Positions 18,979-28,177 of a DNA stretch of 59,256 nt are shown here, in pieces (position 1 is the first letter of the stretch; each line of letters begins with the position of its first letter). This stretch comes from a virus. Its lineage: Duplodnaviria > Caudoviricetes. The translations under genes and the position numbers were made by a program. The stretch is taken from the IMG/VR virus record IMGVR_UViG_3300028025_001698, positions 1 to 59,256 of that record. One strand, 5' to 3'. The notes beneath the pieces are model-generated. The model did no database searches and was not told the DNA's origin. It saw nothing but the letters and a program-made list of their open reading frames with translations.

Positions 18979-20502
18979 TTACCTCCGATCAGCTGGTCGT
19001 ACATCAAATGCAAGAGTAGGAAGTCTCCAATAGTCTGTTGATGTAATATATAAATTCATTACACGACCATTAACTCGAGGATCTACTTTATAGCCTTGAG
19101 ACTTTTGATTGTTAGGGAGAAATGTAAATACATCCGCAGACGTATATGTAGGGTTATCTATATAATTATTTTGTCCAAGTACTTTAATACTAATACTAGC
19201 TGAGCCAGATACTTTATCAAATATAGGGTATATAGAGTTAATAATAGAACTACCAGTTAAGTCGCCTGTATTAATCTTTTTAGACACATAAGAATCATAC
19301 GCTACAAATGTTGTACCATTGTACATGAGATAAGCATCATTTGTAATCAATGTTTGTGTTGAGTTAGTTGTAAACAATAACTCTTGTTTAGCATAATTAA
19401 AAGTATTACTTACATTTTGCGGAGCATTAAATGTATAAGTAACATTAGCTAATGTTCTCTTTGTCCATGTATTATTTTTATAATTAAATATAAGGGCTTC
19501 AGTACAAGTTGTTGCATTTCCTTTAGGATAATTAATCCAGATTTCTTTATAGAAAGGATTACGTACAACATGAACTTTGTTAGTGTAACTCTTATTAAGG
19601 TTACTAAAGAAATACTTTTTAATACGGAAGTCAGCAATAGACTCAATACTACCTGAACCATTATGAACATAGATATCATTACGGTCTACTACAAAGTGAC
19701 TACCATCAAACTCGCATACACAATCTGTATTGAGAATACCATAAGACTTTGAGTATGGGGTTACTTTAGTTACATTACCAATAGACAATATATTAATACT
19801 GTCTTCAGAATAAATAAACATGCTACCTCTAAGGTCTAGCATATCGAGTACTTGTGATGTTGAGCTTAATTCAAACTCATCTGCTGTGTCTGTTGTAACT
19901 CCGGGTGCCCATACTTGTGGGATGTTACCTGTAGGAGCCTGAACAGAAACACGTACAGTTCCTGGGGCATATGTTACAATGCCACTCTCGGTTAAAGTAA
20001 GGTTAGCCGCAACAAGAGAATAGTTAAGTGAACGGATTACTTTAGCAGTCACTGTAAGACCAGCTAAGTAATTCCATCCGGGTAAAGGTTGAAAGGTAGA
20101 TCCTGCTGAAGCACTACCATATAAACAATACAATGGGGTTGTCTGACCGTTGTTTACTACAACAGCAAATCCACCGTTAAAAAGAGTACCTTGCCAGTCG
20201 CTATTGTTGTACAGTACATCAGCAGAAGAAAACATATTAGATGAATTCCCTGCCGCATCTACTCGAACAATAGCTCCATTTTTAGCAAAGATATTATAGC
20301 CTTGGTCTGGTCTTTTCCAGTGAATACCATAATCAGGGGTAATAGCCACAGTCCTGTATGCTCCTTCACCCGTAATTGTTTGTACTGCATTGTCGTCAAA
20401 ACGAACATTGAGTACATCTGAGAAAACGTTAGGAGGAACAATCAAGGGTGATAAGTCTGTGTTGAGACCTCCCTTGCCTAGGTCTGTAATTGGTGTTGCC
20501 AT
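18979..20502 (-). CDS. Tail nozzle/DNA stabilisation protein (P22 gp10-like)
   Basis: Beta-rich 507-aa protein with GLNTDLSP, EIWINYP, ALIFNYKNNTWT and RVNGR; podovirus gene order. Confidence 0.7.
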   Translation of the reverse strand: MATPITDLGKGGLNTDLSPLIVPPNVFSDVLNVRFDDNAVQTITGEGAYRTVAITPDYGIHWKRPDQGYNIFAKNGAIVRVDAAGNSSNMFSSADVLYNNSDWQGTLFNGGFAVVVNNGQTTPLYCLYGSASAGSTFQPLPGWNYLAGLTVTAKVIRSLNYSLVAANLTLTESGIVTYAPGTVRVSVQAPTGNIPQVWAPGVTTDTADEFELSSTSQVLDMLDLRGSMFIYSEDSINILSIGNVTKVTPYSKSYGILNTDCVCEFDGSHFVVDRNDIYVHNGSGSIESIADFRIKKYFFSNLNKSYTNKVHVVRNPFYKEIWINYPKGNATTCTEALIFNYKNNTWTKRTLANVTYTFNAPQNVSNTFNYAKQELLFTTNSTQTLITNDAYLMYNGTTFVAYDSYVSKKINTGDLTGSSIINSIYPIFDKVSGSASISIKVLGQNNYIDNPTYTSADVFTFLPNNQKSQGYKVDPRVNGRVMNLYITSTDYWRLPTLAFDVRPADRR

Positions 20503-20520
20503 GAGATATCCTTTTTATTA

Positions 20521-20536
20521 CTATTAGGTACCAAGT
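20521..20536 (-). promoter_or_regulatory. Phage RNAP promoter candidate acttGGTACCTAATAG
   Basis: Perfect 12-nt core, 18 nt upstream of the nozzle/ejection operon. Confidence 0.65.
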
Positions 20537-20970
20537 AAAGCGCATTCAGCTTTGCGTCTTTTGTTAAGACCAGCCAACACTTTACCTCCACCTTTATTCC
20601 ATTTCATTAACTCTACCTTAGCGGCTTCCCAGTCTTGTTCATTAATCTTTCGTCTTAATGTACTTGTCTGTAGTCTACCTACACCTAAGTTGTAACAGAA
20701 GTCAACAATAGCATTTAATTTTTTTTCATCTGTAGCTAGTACAGGACAGTACCTAAGTGTTCCGGGCAAATAGGTATGATGTAATTCTTTAAGTAAAAGA
20801 TCATAAGCCTCAGGCTCACTCATAGGAGGATCTTGAAGCGTTACTTTTCTACCGTCAGCATAGTATGTACTGCCGTAGCCAATAGTAGCTACATTAGCAG
20901 GACACATGTAAGGCTTAGAACTAAAGCCTTCAAAATGTTTACACAAGTCTGCGGCTATAGTTAAGTTCAT
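20524..20970 (-). CDS. Endolysin, GH24 phage lysozyme
   Basis: FEG...C...TIGYG catalytic triad (E-x8-C-x5-T), FCYNLG, GLNKRRKAE. Confidence 0.92.
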   Translation of the reverse strand: MNLTIAADLCKHFEGFSSKPYMCPANVATIGYGSTYYADGRKVTLQDPPMSEPEAYDLLLKELHHTYLPGTLRYCPVLATDEKKLNAIVDFCYNLGVGRLQTSTLRRKINEQDWEAAKVELMKWNKGGGKVLAGLNKRRKAECALLGT

Positions 20971-21464
20971 AGTCCACGCTTGCTGAGTGTACGATCAAGG
21001 AACCAGTAGTTAAGAGTACCAGAGACAAGAGCCGCAAAGTCTGCTGACATCATTACCTTAAATACTTCTACTGGAGGCATACCATTTTGCCATGAGTTAT
21101 AAGCTAACCATACATGGACAAATGACCACAGTGCTAAGATCCAATATGTTACTACGGGTCGTACTGAAGCTGATAGAGCAGCTACAAAGCCGCCTCCTGC
21201 TGCCTTAACCATTTCTGTTTGTTGTTCAATAGCAGACTGGAAAGCACCCATAACACCGACATCAATAGCGGCTTCACGTTGAGCACCAATCTCAGCTAAC
21301 TTCTGTTGACCACGTTGAGCTTCTAAGTCACATTGAAACTTAAACATATTAAGCTCATGTACACGCTCATCTTTCTTATCTAACCACTTGAGTACTTCAG
21401 GGGCTAATCGAAATAGACCGCCAAACACTGATCCCAGAATACCACCACTTAAAATATCTAACAT
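20967..21464 (-). CDS. Holin-like membrane protein (3TM/GTA-type)
   Basis: SVRPVVTY...YWFLDRTL pattern, hydrophobic segments, coupled to the endolysin. Confidence 0.7.
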   Translation of the reverse strand: MLDILSGGILGSVFGGLFRLAPEVLKWLDKKDERVHELNMFKFQCDLEAQRGQQKLAEIGAQREAAIDVGVMGAFQSAIEQQTEMVKAAGGGFVAALSASVRPVVTYWILALWSFVHVWLAYNSWQNGMPPVEVFKVMMSADFAALVSGTLNYWFLDRTLSKRGL

Positions 21465-21467
21465 ATA

Positions 21468-21716
21468 TTAATCCTTACATTTATGACACTTTTTATCTTC
21501 ATCATGAGATAATTTAACACCAGCTAATAGACCAATGAATCCACCAACAATAGTTTGAAACGCTGGTGAGAGGAGTTTAAAGATCTCTGCGTTATCTACT
21601 TCTTTAGCCCATAAGCCAAGAACAAATGCAACCATCATACCTAGTACTGATAAACACAGAGTAGATGCAACCATAAAAGTAACATTATACGTTAGCTTTG
21701 CTTTAATATCTTCCAT
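21468..21716 (-). CDS. Small two-TM membrane protein
   Basis: Start at ATG 21716 after AAGGA RBS; two hydrophobic helices. Confidence 0.65.
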   Translation of the reverse strand: MEDIKAKLTYNVTFMVASTLCLSVLGMMVAFVLGLWAKEVDNAEIFKLLSPAFQTIVGGFIGLLAGVKLSHDEDKKCHKCKD

Positions 21717-21726
21717 TGGTTTTTCC

Positions 21727-21966
21727 TTATGCGTAGATGTCGAGGGTTGGGTTGTTGATTTGTCTCTCGACAGTAAGCTCTTTATTTTTACGCTCATACA
21801 ACTCAAGCTCATAGTCTTGGAATGCTTTAGTAACTCTTTTAATCTCTCTAAGAATTTCTCTTTCAACATTTAATAGTTCCATTTTCTTGTTGTATAGCTT
21901 TAATTGAATGTCTGAATAAGTAGGGTGTACTACAGGATAATATTTATCATAGCTGTGTAACTTCAT
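21727..21966 (-). CDS. Hypothetical protein
   Basis: 79-aa ORF with ATGA overlap. Confidence 0.6.
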   Translation of the reverse strand: MKLHSYDKYYPVVHPTYSDIQLKLYNKKMELLNVEREILREIKRVTKAFQDYELELYERKNKELTVERQINNPTLDIYA

Positions 21967-22250
21967 TTCTTCTCCCTCTTAATTGCTTCTTTATAAGCAT
22001 AAACAATCTTATGTCTAAGCTCTGCGCTATCAGATGCTCCTGCCCATTCAGATATATTATTCCATATAACAACCATATCTTTACTTGAGCATAAATCTTT
22101 GTGATTAGTTAACCATTGAGACATCTGCATATGTCGTTCTGTAGGGTTGTGTATAGTATAAGCTATACCATAAAATTCTCTTACGCTACACTTGTCCTCA
22201 GCAGATGATGTTAAGGTTAATAGAAGTATAGCTAAGAGAATCCACTTCAT
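21963..22250 (-). CDS. Hypothetical secreted protein
   Basis: N-terminal signal-peptide-like sequence MKWILLAILLLTLTSSA; two Cys. Confidence 0.6.
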   Translation of the reverse strand: MKWILLAILLLTLTSSAEDKCSVREFYGIAYTIHNPTERHMQMSQWLTNHKDLCSSKDMVVIWNNISEWAGASDSAELRHKIVYAYKEAIKREKK

Positions 22251-22492
22251 TTTAGATGAAGCTTATTATCTATTGCTAACCATAATGCACCAAAGAAAGC
22301 ACCAACAATAATAATTGGTTTTACTGCTCTGGCAAGCCATTCAAGGACAGTAAATGCCCCTTGAGCAGCATTAAAAGCTTTGACTACTTCTTCAGTGCTT
22401 TTATCTAGTTTATCTACTTTGGCTTCTACTGCCAGAAGTCGTTCATATATTTGTTTGTGACTTACTTCATTATCTTGAGTGGTTTCTTGCAT
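22247..22492 (-). CDS. Small coiled-coil membrane protein
   Basis: Heptad region followed by a C-terminal hydrophobic helix. Confidence 0.65.
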   Translation of the reverse strand: MQETTQDNEVSHKQIYERLLAVEAKVDKLDKSTEEVVKAFNAAQGAFTVLEWLARAVKPIIIVGAFFGALWLAIDNKLHLK

Positions 22493-22493
22493 C

Positions 22494-22730
22494 TTATTCC
22501 TTAATTACGGCATCCTGAATGTCGTCAGGTTTCTTTTCTAGTTCTGTTTTAAGCAAACCAAAGAATGCTTCACGACCAACTTGGAGTTGATCAACGTTGA
22601 ATCGTGCTGACTCAAGTTTACGATCTAAGTCTGCTACATGATTCAACAACAGTTGTTGCTGAGTAGTCATGTCTTCAAACTTATATTCAATACCATCAAT
22701 AGTTACGGGGGTCTTTTCATTTTTTCCCAT
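22494..22730 (-). CDS. Hypothetical protein
   Basis: 78-aa ORF with AAGGA RBS and a coiled-coil. Confidence 0.7.
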   Translation of the reverse strand: MGKNEKTPVTIDGIEYKFEDMTTQQQLLLNHVADLDRKLESARFNVDQLQVGREAFFGLLKTELEKKPDDIQDAVIKE

Positions 22731-22748
22731 GATTATTTTCCTTTTAAA

Positions 22749-23075
22749 TTATTCACCTGCCCATACACGGACACGGTTAGTTGGGGTTACACTATACGGT
22801 TGGAGTACGCTTGTATCTTCATCCTGCATTACATAAACGTTACAATGCCAACCGTTTAAAGCTTGCATTATAGGAGACTCTCTACCGTCAATAGTTTGAG
22901 TCTCACCTGTTGGTTTATAAATGATACCTATTGTATCAATGTTTTTAAAATTAGCTACTATGTAGCCTTCCTCTGCTTCTATATTCATTTCAGGGTTAGC
23001 TTCTACAGCACCTTCAATACGATATAAAATTGACTTAGCCTCTTCTTCAGACTCAAATTTTAAACAAATGTTCAT
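22749..23075 (-). CDS. Small tail-fibre-associated protein
   Basis: IDTIG...GWHCNV...VTP..RVRVW pattern; follows a fibre gene. Confidence 0.65.
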   Translation of the reverse strand: MNICLKFESEEEAKSILYRIEGAVEANPEMNIEAEEGYIVANFKNIDTIGIIYKPTGETQTIDGRESPIMQALNGWHCNVYVMQDEDTSVLQPYSVTPTNRVRVWAGE

Positions 23076-23084
23076 GTTGATTCC

Positions 23085-24782
23085 TTATGAGGTTAAAGCA
23101 TTAAGCTGTGATTGTGTTACAGCAATTGGATAGTAAGCAGCTTTTTTAATTCTTACAGGGAAAGGGTAATAAATACGACCAACACCAAACACTAATTGCG
23201 TAAGACCGCTAATTGATAATCCGCTATCTATATATGGTCCTAATGTAGAACCATTCCGTGAAATAAGCGCAGTTGTTGAATTAGCATTAAGAGATGATGC
23301 ATTTTTAGTAAATACGTTTGCTGTATTACTTGCGTATGTGTAAGGACCTGATTGAAAGAATTTATTTTGTGTTCCATCATTCATTTCAACTGATCCAGTA
23401 ACTGTTGAAGCACCTGTATCTTGCATATGTGCGTATTCAGCGTATAAAGTCCCAGCACTTTGAGCATACCAACTTGTAAAATTTACACCTGTCATACTTG
23501 CTATATCCGCAATCCTGGTAACCCCAGCACCATCTGTTTTTATATAAGAAGTAGGAAAAGCACCACTCTCGATTTGAATACCCCAAATCATTGTTGAATT
23601 ATTAGCAGTATCAAAAGAACCAATACCAAGGGTAGAACCTGCAATAGTTACAGTAATCCAAACTCTTGCCATAGTATCTGATAAACGTTGGCATCCATAG
23701 CTAACAGGAGCACCAGCTGCAAGACTAACAGTACCTGTTCCAAAATTATAATCTATTGAAACAGAAGGGCTAAACATATTTACACGACCTACGTTTAACG
23801 TATTAAAAACTGTTTTCTTAATATATACACTGTATGTCCATGTTCCTGCTGAAATACCTGTACCATACGTCAAATAAGCATATCCAGCATTTTTAGTCAT
23901 CCAACCACCAGCTCTTCCTGCTGGATTAATTGTTCCTGAATCAACAACAACTGCACCAGTACCGTCTACTGACCAACTAGTTAAGCCTTCACTTATGCTA
24001 AATACATTTGTTCTTTGTTCTTCAATTAACAACCCCAATGATTCTCTAGTAATAGGATCACAATCAAACCTTGCTTGGTTATTTCCTGCTGTTAAAAGAA
24101 CAGGAACGTAATTTGTAATAGCTGCAGTTGTTGTAGGTGTGTATGTTGTTACAGTAGAACGCTGTTCTAATTGTGCACCCCAAACAAACAACCCTGAAGT
24201 TCCATTACCAGCATAAGTTGTTACGTTGTTGCCAGTAGCAAGCCATAATTCAAAGAAGGTAGTTGAACCCCCAGTTGTAGTTACTGAACACCTATACCAA
24301 CCACTTCCGACAGATGTAATTGTTGCAGTACAACCTGCTGCAACTGTTCCAACAACACCATTAGTTAAATCAAACCATGTGTTTCTAACACCTGCAATAT
24401 AAGTGTTTAAATTTAACCAACTCCTTGTATCTGCTTTTGCATAGACACTAAATGTGCATGGCCCACTTGTTGTGCCAAGTGCTTGATAAATTGCATGGGC
24501 AGAATTTGCACTATCTTCAATAATTTTATCAGCAGTACTTGTTCCATCAGGTGCTGTTGTTGCATTTGCTGTTACTGTTGTGTTTGATAATGCCCAAGGT
24601 GAAACATTAAATGTTTGACTTTGTAAAACTAAATTCTGTTCAGCAACTGCAGCAGTATCATTATCATAAAACGTTGCAGTAGACGCACGATTAAATGTAA
24701 CTCTGTTATCTAATTGCCTTGTGTTAGCAAAGTCAAGCAAGAGAGAAGGTTTCAAATTAGGAAAGTTTGATTGTATACTCAT
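23085..24782 (-). CDS. Fibre/spike protein with carbohydrate-binding-like domains
   Basis: PSLLLDFA, TFNRASTAT, GWYRCS, WGAQLE, GLLIEEQRTN, FPTSYIKT. Confidence 0.75.
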   Translation of the reverse strand: MSIQSNFPNLKPSLLLDFANTRQLDNRVTFNRASTATFYDNDTAAVAEQNLVLQSQTFNVSPWALSNTTVTANATTAPDGTSTADKIIEDSANSAHAIYQALGTTSGPCTFSVYAKADTRSWLNLNTYIAGVRNTWFDLTNGVVGTVAAGCTATITSVGSGWYRCSVTTTGGSTTFFELWLATGNNVTTYAGNGTSGLFVWGAQLEQRSTVTTYTPTTTAAITNYVPVLLTAGNNQARFDCDPITRESLGLLIEEQRTNVFSISEGLTSWSVDGTGAVVVDSGTINPAGRAGGWMTKNAGYAYLTYGTGISAGTWTYSVYIKKTVFNTLNVGRVNMFSPSVSIDYNFGTGTVSLAAGAPVSYGCQRLSDTMARVWITVTIAGSTLGIGSFDTANNSTMIWGIQIESGAFPTSYIKTDGAGVTRIADIASMTGVNFTSWYAQSAGTLYAEYAHMQDTGASTVTGSVEMNDGTQNKFFQSGPYTYASNTANVFTKNASSLNANSTTALISRNGSTLGPYIDSGLSISGLTQLVFGVGRIYYPFPVRIKKAAYYPIAVTQSQLNALTS

Positions 24783-24961
24783 GCTTGTTCTCCATCTGCG
24801 GGTGTCGGTGTATTGCCTTCAGCAAGCCACTTAAGATATTCTTGGTAGTCGGTGTTGTCTAATGCAAATGGGATACTTATATACATTCCTGACTCTGTAG
24901 TTGTACTTACAGAATCTGCAACACCTTCTGAATTTTTATGTAGTTTATATTGCATAATCAA
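24779..24961 (-). CDS. Small tail-fibre-associated protein
   Basis: IP...NTDYQEYLKWLAEGNTP.PAD pattern. Confidence 0.7.
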   Translation of the reverse strand: MIMQYKLHKNSEGVADSVSTTTESGMYISIPFALDNTDYQEYLKWLAEGNTPTPADGEQA

Positions 24962-26448
24962 AGCTCCGCAGTTACACCAAAATAGCCAGTAGTACTATCT
25001 CGGTTAGTTATCCATCCACTTGTATTTGCTACTAATGTTGTAAAACCCGAATTAAAATTTAACCTAAAACTTGTAGGCGTAGACCCTGAAATAACAGGGT
25101 TTACATCAGAGTTGTCATTTACAGTACCTAAGTTAGCACGATACTTTGTAGTGCCTCCGGCAAGAGTGATTGACAATGATGGTGCGGTTCTCATAGGCAC
25201 AGGTAAAAAGACAACACCAAAACCAGTGCTTGTGCTATCTGCAACAAATCCTGATATGTATGCGCCAGTACCAGTTGACACTGCTAAGGTTTGAAAGTAA
25301 CGCTGACACAATCGAAATTCAGTTTCATAAGATCTCACATCAAACGATGTTGCTATACTTCCTTTTTCAACTTGAATACCCGTGATGTACCAAGTTGCTC
25401 CATTAGTGCTAATAAGGCTAACGCATCCATCTGCTGAAAACTGGTCGCCACCACCCCAAAGATTTGCTGGCTCGGTAAAACTTGTGCCAACTCCCAAACC
25501 GAAACTTATCCACAATCCTGTGCCGTTTGTACCGCCAACCCAAGTGCCTGTCGTATCACCACCAATAACTAAAGTTTTTTGTTCCCAAGTATTTGCATTA
25601 TTGATTGTGTAAGTAAATGGGTATGCTCTATTTCTAGCACTATTTTTTAATGCACCACCAAATGTTCCAGTTATAGAACTACGAACCCAAAAAGACAATG
25701 TTAATGTTTGTGCATTTGAAGTTCCGTACATAAAATCTGCAAAATTAAATCCTTCAATTTTTTGTTCAATATTGTAAATATCTGATGTAGTTGTAGCAGA
25801 TGCCGATAATGACGTAACTAACAAAGAATTTGAAAATCCTGTTGGTGCTGTGCCTGATTGACCAACACTAAATTTACCAGTAGCTGCACCTCCGTTATAA
25901 GAATTTCCAGACCATCTATCAAGATTAAATGCACCATTAATTTGGTTAACAGTTGTTCCCGCATTACGCTGATCAATTCTCATGTCACCATTAATAATAC
26001 GATTCCTAAACCCAGTAGTCATCCCTGTATTATAATACGCAGAACTATCCTGATAAGCCATTGATCCAAGATATTGATTCAATGGGATTTCATTAGGTGC
26101 TGTGCCAATGTCTGATTGGTCAACTAGTTGGTATTGAGTACCACTAACAGTCTGACTTATAGTTCCATTAACGACTAACTTAGATGAGTTAGTGTTAGTA
26201 GTTGTGCCAATCTGTAGGTTAGTCCCATCAAAATTAAGTGCACTACCACTGCTAAGAACCTTTGATCCATTAGCGTACAACACACCATTAACTGTTGCGT
26301 TAGTCATTGTCAGATTTAAATCTGTTCCTACAGATAACGCAGTAACACCGTTAGATTGTAAAGCTAAAACACCTGTGGAGTCTGCATTACTTTTTAAGCC
26401 AGCACTTCCGCTGACTACGCCATTATCGGCATTTAAAATACTTGCCAT
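24958..26448 (-). CDS. Tail fibre protein
   Basis: FRNRIINGDMRIDQR, DRW, TLSFWV, GIQVEKG..AT.F, CQRYF. Confidence 0.78.
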   Translation of the reverse strand: MASILNADNGVVSGSAGLKSNADSTGVLALQSNGVTALSVGTDLNLTMTNATVNGVLYANGSKVLSSGSALNFDGTNLQIGTTTNTNSSKLVVNGTISQTVSGTQYQLVDQSDIGTAPNEIPLNQYLGSMAYQDSSAYYNTGMTTGFRNRIINGDMRIDQRNAGTTVNQINGAFNLDRWSGNSYNGGAATGKFSVGQSGTAPTGFSNSLLVTSLSASATTTSDIYNIEQKIEGFNFADFMYGTSNAQTLTLSFWVRSSITGTFGGALKNSARNRAYPFTYTINNANTWEQKTLVIGGDTTGTWVGGTNGTGLWISFGLGVGTSFTEPANLWGGGDQFSADGCVSLISTNGATWYITGIQVEKGSIATSFDVRSYETEFRLCQRYFQTLAVSTGTGAYISGFVADSTSTGFGVVFLPVPMRTAPSLSITLAGGTTKYRANLGTVNDNSDVNPVISGSTPTSFRLNFNSGFTTLVANTSGWITNRDSTTGYFGVTAEL

Positions 26449-26449
26449 A

Positions 26450-26701
26450 TTAGGCTCCTTGTTGTGCTACCTGTTGAGCTTGATAAGCCGCAATAATTTC
26501 AGAAGTCCAAGCTGTATTGCAGATTGCAACAACATTAGCAGGGATGCCTGTCAGGTCTTGTGCAGGTGTGAGGCTTGTGCGGTGAAAGGTTTGGCTAATC
26601 TGATTGCCATTTTCCATGATGCGTGTAGCTTCACGATATAGAACGATGCCGTTCTCTGTTACTGTAATTTGGTCAACAGTTGTGGTTTTGGTTAAAGACA
26701 T
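26450..26701 (-). CDS. Small tail-fibre-associated chaperone
   Basis: SLTK...DQITV...FHR...V.AICN.AWT pattern; AAGGA RBS. Confidence 0.7.
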   Translation of the reverse strand: MSLTKTTTVDQITVTENGIVLYREATRIMENGNQISQTFHRTSLTPAQDLTGIPANVVAICNTAWTSEIIAAYQAQQVAQQGA

Positions 26702-26720
26702 TTTTATTTCCTTTTCAGTT

Positions 26721-26747
26721 GTGTCCGACTAAGCCATCCGACTTAGT
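26721..26747 (-). promoter_or_regulatory. Intergenic hairpin with GGAU loop followed by CGGAC, upstream of the chaperone RBS
   Basis: ACTAAGTC-GGAT-GGCTTAGT-CGGACAC on the - strand. Confidence 0.45.
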
Positions 26748-27859
26748 TAAGTTGATGTGAAATATGTAATAGTGCAAATTATGGGATCGGTAGCACTAAC
26801 ATCGCTAACAATGACATCGTAGTCTGTAACATTAGAGCCGCTGGTAAGTAAACGAAGATACGTGTTACCGCCAGCAGGGGTATAAACTGTACATTGAGTT
26901 TTTGTACTCCAATTTACCCCTGATGTATAAACTGCACCTGTTCCAGCAACAGAAGATGTGAAAGGCAATCCCTTTAGGTATAAATTACCGCTACCGCCAG
27001 AATATGATGATGCGTTTAGGTTAATTGTTGCAGTTACAACTCTACCAACTTTTGTATATGTCCCAATTTGAGTTGAATAACTAACTGTTGGGTCAGAAAC
27101 AGAACCTCCAAAAGTAGGAGTAAATGTCCCCTCCTCATAGTCATCTAGCGTATTAGCGTTTGATGATGCTGATTGAGTTGCGGGGAATGTGATGCCTGTG
27201 CCTGATGATGGAATTGCGCCTCCAACACCAACGCCGTATGGGTTTATCGTAGTACCCGCATCCCATGTAATAGCGTTCCCTGCCGTTCCAGTTGCAGTAG
27301 TTGCGTTAAATGTGTGTGCGCCATCGTATTGATAATACAGAGTTGCCTTGTCGCCGCTGGTTAAATATTTCCAACCACTGTTTAAATAAGCGTTAGAAGT
27401 TACCTCTGCGGTTTTTGCACCTGTTTGTCCACTAAATGTTGCAGCCAAACCAATTTGAATTGCTTTGCTTGAAGCCCAAGAACTTGGAATAATACCTAAA
27501 CCTTGATTACCATCACGAGTAATTATAAAACGAGGCGTAGTTAAATTATTATCATCCCAAACTTGCAATGCCCCTGCTGGTCCTCCACCAGAACCAACCA
27601 TTACATCTAAACCACCTAAAGTCAATGCTCCAGTAAATGCGGAACCAGAAGCAGAACCAAGTCTTGAAGGACCTGCTACTTGCAATCTAACATTTGGAGA
27701 ACTTGTATTAATACCTAAATTAGCGCCATCAAACACCAACCCAGCAGACCCCGTAAGATTCCCACTAGCACCCGCATAGACAACCCGACCGGATGTCAAT
27801 GAAGAATCAATTAAGTCAGGAGTTGTTATACCTGCTGTGCCATCTAAAATAATTGCCAT
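26747..27859 (-). CDS. Tail fibre protein
   Basis: GITFPATQ...LDDYEEGTFTPT...YTKVGRVV...GLPF C-terminal domain. Confidence 0.78.
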   Translation of the reverse strand: MAIILDGTAGITTPDLIDSSLTSGRVVYAGASGNLTGSAGLVFDGANLGINTSSPNVRLQVAGPSRLGSASGSAFTGALTLGGLDVMVGSGGGPAGALQVWDDNNLTTPRFIITRDGNQGLGIIPSSWASSKAIQIGLAATFSGQTGAKTAEVTSNAYLNSGWKYLTSGDKATLYYQYDGAHTFNATTATGTAGNAITWDAGTTINPYGVGVGGAIPSSGTGITFPATQSASSNANTLDDYEEGTFTPTFGGSVSDPTVSYSTQIGTYTKVGRVVTATINLNASSYSGGSGNLYLKGLPFTSSVAGTGAVYTSGVNWSTKTQCTVYTPAGGNTYLRLLTSGSNVTDYDVIVSDVSATDPIICTITYFTST

Positions 27860-27878
27860 GTTAATTCCTTAAAAAAGA

Positions 27879-28169
27879 TTACCATGGAACACCCACGGCT
27901 TGTACGGGATTCTTTTGCGCTTCAATCTGAGCATCCAGAGCATCTTCTGTAGCTTGCTTATCAACACCATTAGCCCACACCCATCCAAGCACTGTGGCTT
28001 GTGTCAGGTCTGCATAAGGCGTATTGACTGTGCCATCTGCCCATGAGCAAGTTGAATAGATGGATGCTGTGTGTTCACCATCTACTGCTGTAGCTTGCCA
28101 ATGTGCTGTGGTTACAAAACCATCTGCTGTTTTGCGGTCAAGTTGTGAGATTGTCCAAGTGGTAGTCAT
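27879..28169 (-). CDS. Small tail-fibre-associated protein
   Basis: TWTI..LDR...AHW...YADLT...VLGWV...GVPW pattern. Confidence 0.7.
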   Translation of the reverse strand: MTTTWTISQLDRKTADGFVTTAHWQATAVDGEHTASIYSTCSWADGTVNTPYADLTQATVLGWVWANGVDKQATEDALDAQIEAQKNPVQAVGVPW

Positions 28170-28177
28170 GTTAGTCC

